A stretch of 32,000 bases of DNA from Candidatus Saccharimonadota bacterium (GTDB lineage: Bacteria > Pseudomonadota > Gammaproteobacteria > Enterobacterales > Enterobacteriaceae_A). The DNA lies in assembly GCA_030849285.1 (NCBI GenBank), contig CP102982.1, forward strand, positions 60,001-92,000. The letters are read 5' to 3'. The position numbers and the translations under genes were made by a program. Position 1 is the first letter of the stretch. Every line of letters begins with the position of its first letter. Positions 28,404-32,000 of the stretch are shown here, one piece after another. Under the pieces are notes generated by a model. The model was not told the DNA's origin. It searched no databases and saw only the letters and a list, made by a program, of their open reading frames with translations.

Positions 28404-29813
28404 ATGCTTAAACAACAAATTGGTATTATAGGTATGGGTGTAATGGGTAAAAATTTAGCTTTAAATATTGAAAATAAGGGTTATACAGTTTCAATATTTA
28501 ATCGTTCACCAAAAAATACTAATGAAATTATTTTAAATTATCCTAATAAAAATATAAAACCATATTATACATTAAAAAATTTTGTAAAATCAATAATAAA
28601 ACCTAGAAGAATTTTTATTATAGTTAAACCAGGAAAAGCTACAAAAGAAGTAATAAAATATTTAATTAAATTTATTAATAAAAATGATATAATTATAGAT
28701 TGTGGAAATTCATATTATAAAGACAGTATTAAAATAAATAAAAAATTAAATAAAAAAGGTTTTTATTATATAGGTGCAGGAATTTCAGGAGGTGAAGAAG
28801 GAGCATTAAAGGGGCCAGCTATAATGCCAGGGGGAGATAAAAAGGCTTATAAATTAATATTACCAATTTTTAAAAAAATAGCAGCAGTTTATAAAAATAA
28901 TTCATGTGTAAATTATATTGGAGAAAATGGTTCTGGACATTACGTTAAAATGATACATAATGGTATAGAATATAGTAATATGCAATTAATATCAGAATCT
29001 TATTTTATATTAAAACATGGGCTAAATTTAAATAATAAAGAAATTAGTAAAATTTTAAATAATTGGAATAATGGAGAATTAAATAGTTATTTAATTGAAA
29101 TAACAAAAAATATTTTAATTAAAAAAGATAATAATAAAAAATATTTAATTGATGTTATATTAGATAAAGCAGATAATAAGGGTACTGGGAAATGGATGAG
29201 TAAGGATGCATTAGATTTAAAAGAACCCTTATGTTTAATAACACAATCTGTTTTTGTAAGATATTTATCACATATAAGAAAACAAAGATTACAAGCTTCT
29301 AAAATTTTATTAGGTCCTAAAAAAAATATTTATAAAATTAAAAATAAAATTAAATTTATTGAAAAAATACGTAAATCTCTTTATTTTGGTAAAATCATTT
29401 CTTATGCTCAAGGTTTTTCACAATTAAGAAAAGCATCAAAAAAAAATAAATGGAATTTAAATTATAGTGAAATAGCAAAAATTTTTAGATCTGGTTGTAT
29501 TATACGAGCTAAAATTTTACATAATATAATTAAGGAATATTTAAAAAATCCAAATATTTCAAATATTTTATTAACAAAATATTTTAAAGAAATTATTAAT
29601 TATTATCAAAATTCATTACGTGATGTAATTTCTTATTCAATACAAATAGGTATTCCTATACCTGCCTTTAGTGCTTCTATTTCATATTATGATAATTATA
29701 GATGTGAAAAATTATCAACAAATTTAATTCAAGCACAACGTGATTATTTTGGTGCACATACTTATAAACGTTATGACAAAGATGGATCCTTTCACACTAA
29801 ATGGGTAAAATAA
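28404..29813 (+). CDS. gnd: 6-phosphogluconate dehydrogenase, decarboxylating
   Basis: 469 aa. [96 protein letters not shown], the C-terminal [14 protein letters not shown] and FHT.W are collinear with E. coli Gnd. Confidence 0.97.
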   Translation: MLKQQIGIIGMGVMGKNLALNIENKGYTVSIFNRSPKNTNEIILNYPNKNIKPYYTLKNFVKSIIKPRRIFIIVKPGKATKEVIKYLIKFINKNDIIIDCGNSYYKDSIKINKKLNKKGFYYIGAGISGGEEGALKGPAIMPGGDKKAYKLILPIFKKIAAVYKNNSCVNYIGENGSGHYVKMIHNGIEYSNMQLISESYFILKHGLNLNNKEISKILNNWNNGELNSYLIEITKNILIKKDNNKKYLIDVILDKADNKGTGKWMSKDALDLKEPLCLITQSVFVRYLSHIRKQRLQASKILLGPKKNIYKIKNKIKFIEKIRKSLYFGKIISYAQGFSQLRKASKKNKWNLNYSEIAKIFRSGCIIRAKILHNIIKEYLKNPNISNILLTKYFKEIINYYQNSLRDVISYSIQIGIPIPAFSASISYYDNYRCEKLSTNLIQAQRDYFGAHTYKRYDKDGSFHTKWVK

Positions 29814-29974
29814 TTTTTTTAAAAAAATAATATTAATTAATTTAAATATTATAAAATTTTAAAAAAATTTATATTTTATAAAATATATTAAAAAAAAAAA
29901 TTTTTAAAAAAATTAAATTAAATAATAAATATATTTTTATAATAAAATATAAAACAATAAAATTAATTATTATT

Positions 29975-31099
29975 TTAATTATTTAAATTTTTATAAAATT
30001 TTTCAATATTTTTATTAAAAATATTAATTTTTGGTGTATTTTTATATATATATTTATTATTAAGACTTTCTTTAAAATTATAAAGTATATTTTTTTGTTT
30101 TTCATTTAAATTAATAGGTGTTTCTATAATAATTTTACATAATAAATCACCTTTAAATTTATTATTTACAGATTTTATACCCCTTCCTTTTATTCGAAAA
30201 ATTTTTCCAGTTTGAGTTTCAGAAGGTATTTTTAAATTCATAAGTCCTTCTAAAGTAGGTATTTTAATTATACCACCTAAAATTGCTATATAAAAGGGAA
30301 TTGGAATTTCACAATATAAATTATTATTTTCACGTTTAAAAATAAAATGATCTTTTACTTTTATTTGAATATATAAATCACCTGATATTCCACCTCTTTT
30401 ACCTGCTTCACCTTCACCTGAAACTCGAATATTATCACCAGTTTTTAAATTTTTTGGAATTTTAATTGAAAAACTTTTAAATTTCTTAATTCTTCCATTA
30501 CCATTGCATTTATTACAAATATTTTTAATAATTTTACCTAAACCATTACAATTTGGGCATGTTTGTTGTAATGTAAAAAAACCTCTTTTAATTTGAATTT
30601 GACCATTTCCATTACATGTTAAACAAATTGTAGGTAAACTCCCCTTTTTTGCCCCTTTTCCATTACAATAATTACATTTTATTAATGTTTGAATATTAAT
30701 TTTTTTATTAACACCTTTAATTATTTCTTCTAAACTTAATTCTATATTATATTTTAAGTCAGAACCTTTATTAATGTTTTGATTACTATTATCCCCGAAT
30801 ATATCACCAAAAACATCACCAAAAATATCACTAAAACTAGTTTCAGTATTTAAATTATCATTATTAATATAAGATTGATTAAATGCATCATGACCATATT
30901 GATCATATGTTGATCTTTTTTTTTCATCAATTAAAATTTCATAAGCTTCTTTTATTTCTTTAAAATATTTTTCTGCATTTTTTTTTTTATTTCTATCTGG
31001 ATGATATTTCATAGCTAAACGTTTATATGCTCTTTTTATTTCTTTATTACTTGAAGTTCTAGATATTCCAAGTAATTCATAAAAATCTTTTTTTGACAT
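29975..31099 (-). CDS. dnaJ: Chaperone DnaJ (Hsp40)
   Basis: 374 aa. The J domain is DFYELLGISR...EIKRAYKRLAMKYHPDRN. A G/F-type segment FGDVFGDIFGD follows. Four CxxCxGxG zinc-finger repeats are present: CNYCNGKG, CLTCNGNG, CPNCNGLG and CNKCNGNG. It lies directly downstream of dnaK. Confidence 0.96.
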   Translation of the reverse strand: MSKKDFYELLGISRTSSNKEIKRAYKRLAMKYHPDRNKKKNAEKYFKEIKEAYEILIDEKKRSTYDQYGHDAFNQSYINNDNLNTETSFSDIFGDVFGDIFGDNSNQNINKGSDLKYNIELSLEEIIKGVNKKINIQTLIKCNYCNGKGAKKGSLPTICLTCNGNGQIQIKRGFFTLQQTCPNCNGLGKIIKNICNKCNGNGRIKKFKSFSIKIPKNLKTGDNIRVSGEGEAGKRGGISGDLYIQIKVKDHFIFKRENNNLYCEIPIPFYIAILGGIIKIPTLEGLMNLKIPSETQTGKIFRIKGRGIKSVNNKFKGDLLCKIIIETPINLNEKQKNILYNFKESLNNKYIYKNTPKINIFNKNIEKFYKNLNN

Positions 31100-31124
31100 T
31101 TTAAAAACCTATTAAAATATTAAT

Positions 31125-31146
31125 GGGTATAGATTTTTCTATACCC
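31125..31146 (-). promoter_or_regulatory. Intercistronic stem-loop between dnaK and dnaJ (9-bp perfect stem, 4-nt loop)
   Basis: GGGTATAGA (31125-31133), TTTT (31134-37) and TCTATACCC (31138-46) form a perfect inverted repeat with 3 G:C pairs at each end of the helix. It is embedded in an otherwise almost pure A+T 89-nt spacer. On the mRNA strand it is followed by AUUAAUAUUUU and then the dnaJ ribosome-binding site. Confidence 0.55.
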
Positions 31147-31188
31147 AATAATTTTATTTAAACAAAATTTAAAACTTTTTTTTTAAAA

Positions 31189-32000
31189 TTATTTATTTTT
31201 ATCTTTATTATTAATTTCTTCATATTCAGCATCAACAATATTATTTTCTTTTTTATCTGAATTTTTATTAACATTATTTTTATCATTTGAATTAAAATTT
31301 TTATCTTGAGACATAGATAATAATTTATCTGATATTTTCATTAATGATTCAATTTTATTTTCAATAACTAATTTATCTTCTTCTTTTATTACTTTTTCTA
31401 ATTCTTTAATTGAGTCTTCAATATTTTTAACTTCTTCATTTGATAATTTATTTTTAACTAAAGATAATTGTTTTTTTGTACTATGAATAATATGATCTGC
31501 TTGATTTCTAATTTGAACAAGTTCTTCAAATTTACGATCAGATTCAGCGTTTATTTTAGCATCATCTACCATTTTTTTAATTTCTGATTCTTTTAATCCA
31601 GATGATGCTTTTATTGTAATTTTTTGTTCTCTTGATGTATTTTTATCTTTAGCTGATACATGAAGTATTCCATCAGCATCAATATCAAAAGTCACTTCAA
31701 TTTGAGGTATACCTCTAGGAGATGGTTTTATACCATCAAGGTTAAATTGTCCTAAAGATTTATTATTATTTGCTATTTTCCTTTCACCTTGTAAAATATG
31801 AATTGTAACTTCAGATTGATTATCCTCAGCTGTTGAAAATATTTGACTATGTTTTGTAGGAATAGTAGTGTTTTTATTTATTAAAGTAGTCATTATACCA
31901 CCCATTGTTTCAATACCTAAAGATAAAGGAGTAACATCTAATAAAAGAACATCTTTAACATCACCTGATAAAACTCCACCTTGTATTGCTGCACCAATAG
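31189..32000 (-). CDS. dnaK: Chaperone DnaK (Hsp70), C-terminal part; 5' end lies off the window
   Basis: The frame is open to base 32000. [35 protein letters not shown] precedes the ATG listed at 31905. [54 protein letters not shown] and the lid helices are typical of the DnaK substrate-binding domain. Confidence 0.96.
   Translation of the reverse strand, partial: IGAAIQGGVLSGDVKDVLLLDVTPLSLGIETMGGIMTTLINKNTTIPTKHSQIFSTAEDNQSEVTIHILQGERKIANNNKSLGQFNLDGIKPSPRGIPQIEVTFDIDADGILHVSAKDKNTSREQKITIKASSGLKESEIKKMVDDAKINAESDRKFEELVQIRNQADHIIHSTKKQLSLVKNKLSNEEVKNIEDSIKELEKVIKEEDKLVIENKIESLMKISDKLLSMSQDKNFNSNDKNNVNKNSDKKENNIVDAEYEEINNKDKNK

Overview
This window is an extremely A+T-rich, gene-dense segment carrying only housekeeping genes. 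It looks like the strongly reduced genome of an Enterobacterales-derived obligate (probably insect) endosymbiont of the Buchnera/Wigglesworthia type. I cannot name the taxon or compute exact G+C without tools.

I can support 27 protein genes: bioA (partial), alaS, rplM, rpsI, clsA, aspS, gapA, trxA, rho, ruvX/yqgF, rpsA, pykA, clpX, clpP, rlmB, an Fsr-family MFS transporter, serS, fpr, mnmA, ribA, fldA, der, hisS, rlmN, gnd, dnaJ and dnaK (partial). There are also five tRNA genes in two clusters that mirror E. coli operons: cysT-leuZ and metT-leuW-glnU. All protein calls rest on by-eye collinearity with E. coli K-12 proteins as I remember them.

I saw no mobile elements, CRISPR, defence, toxin or secondary-metabolite genes, and no uncharacterised protein-coding system.

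The most unusual object is non-coding. Seven abutting copies of a 37-bp unit fill the whole clpP-clpX spacer (16335-16593). Each unit is built around a 28-bp dyad, and each unit junction recreates a sigma70-like TTGCAT-N17-TAGAAT module pointing at clpX.

The second point is that rlmN is longer than the ORF track shows. An 86-codon in-frame, homologous N-terminal extension has no ATG, GTG or TTG, and is best explained by an ATT start behind an AAAGG Shine-Dalgarno.

Other observations:
- Very long A/T homopolymers sit inside intact essential genes, up to 22 nt in clsA.
- A G+C-containing stem-loop lies between dnaK and dnaJ.
- The rlmN-hisS-der cluster is collapsed relative to E. coli.
- Rho is shortened at its N-terminus.
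- Three tRNAs have A1:U72 acceptor ends.
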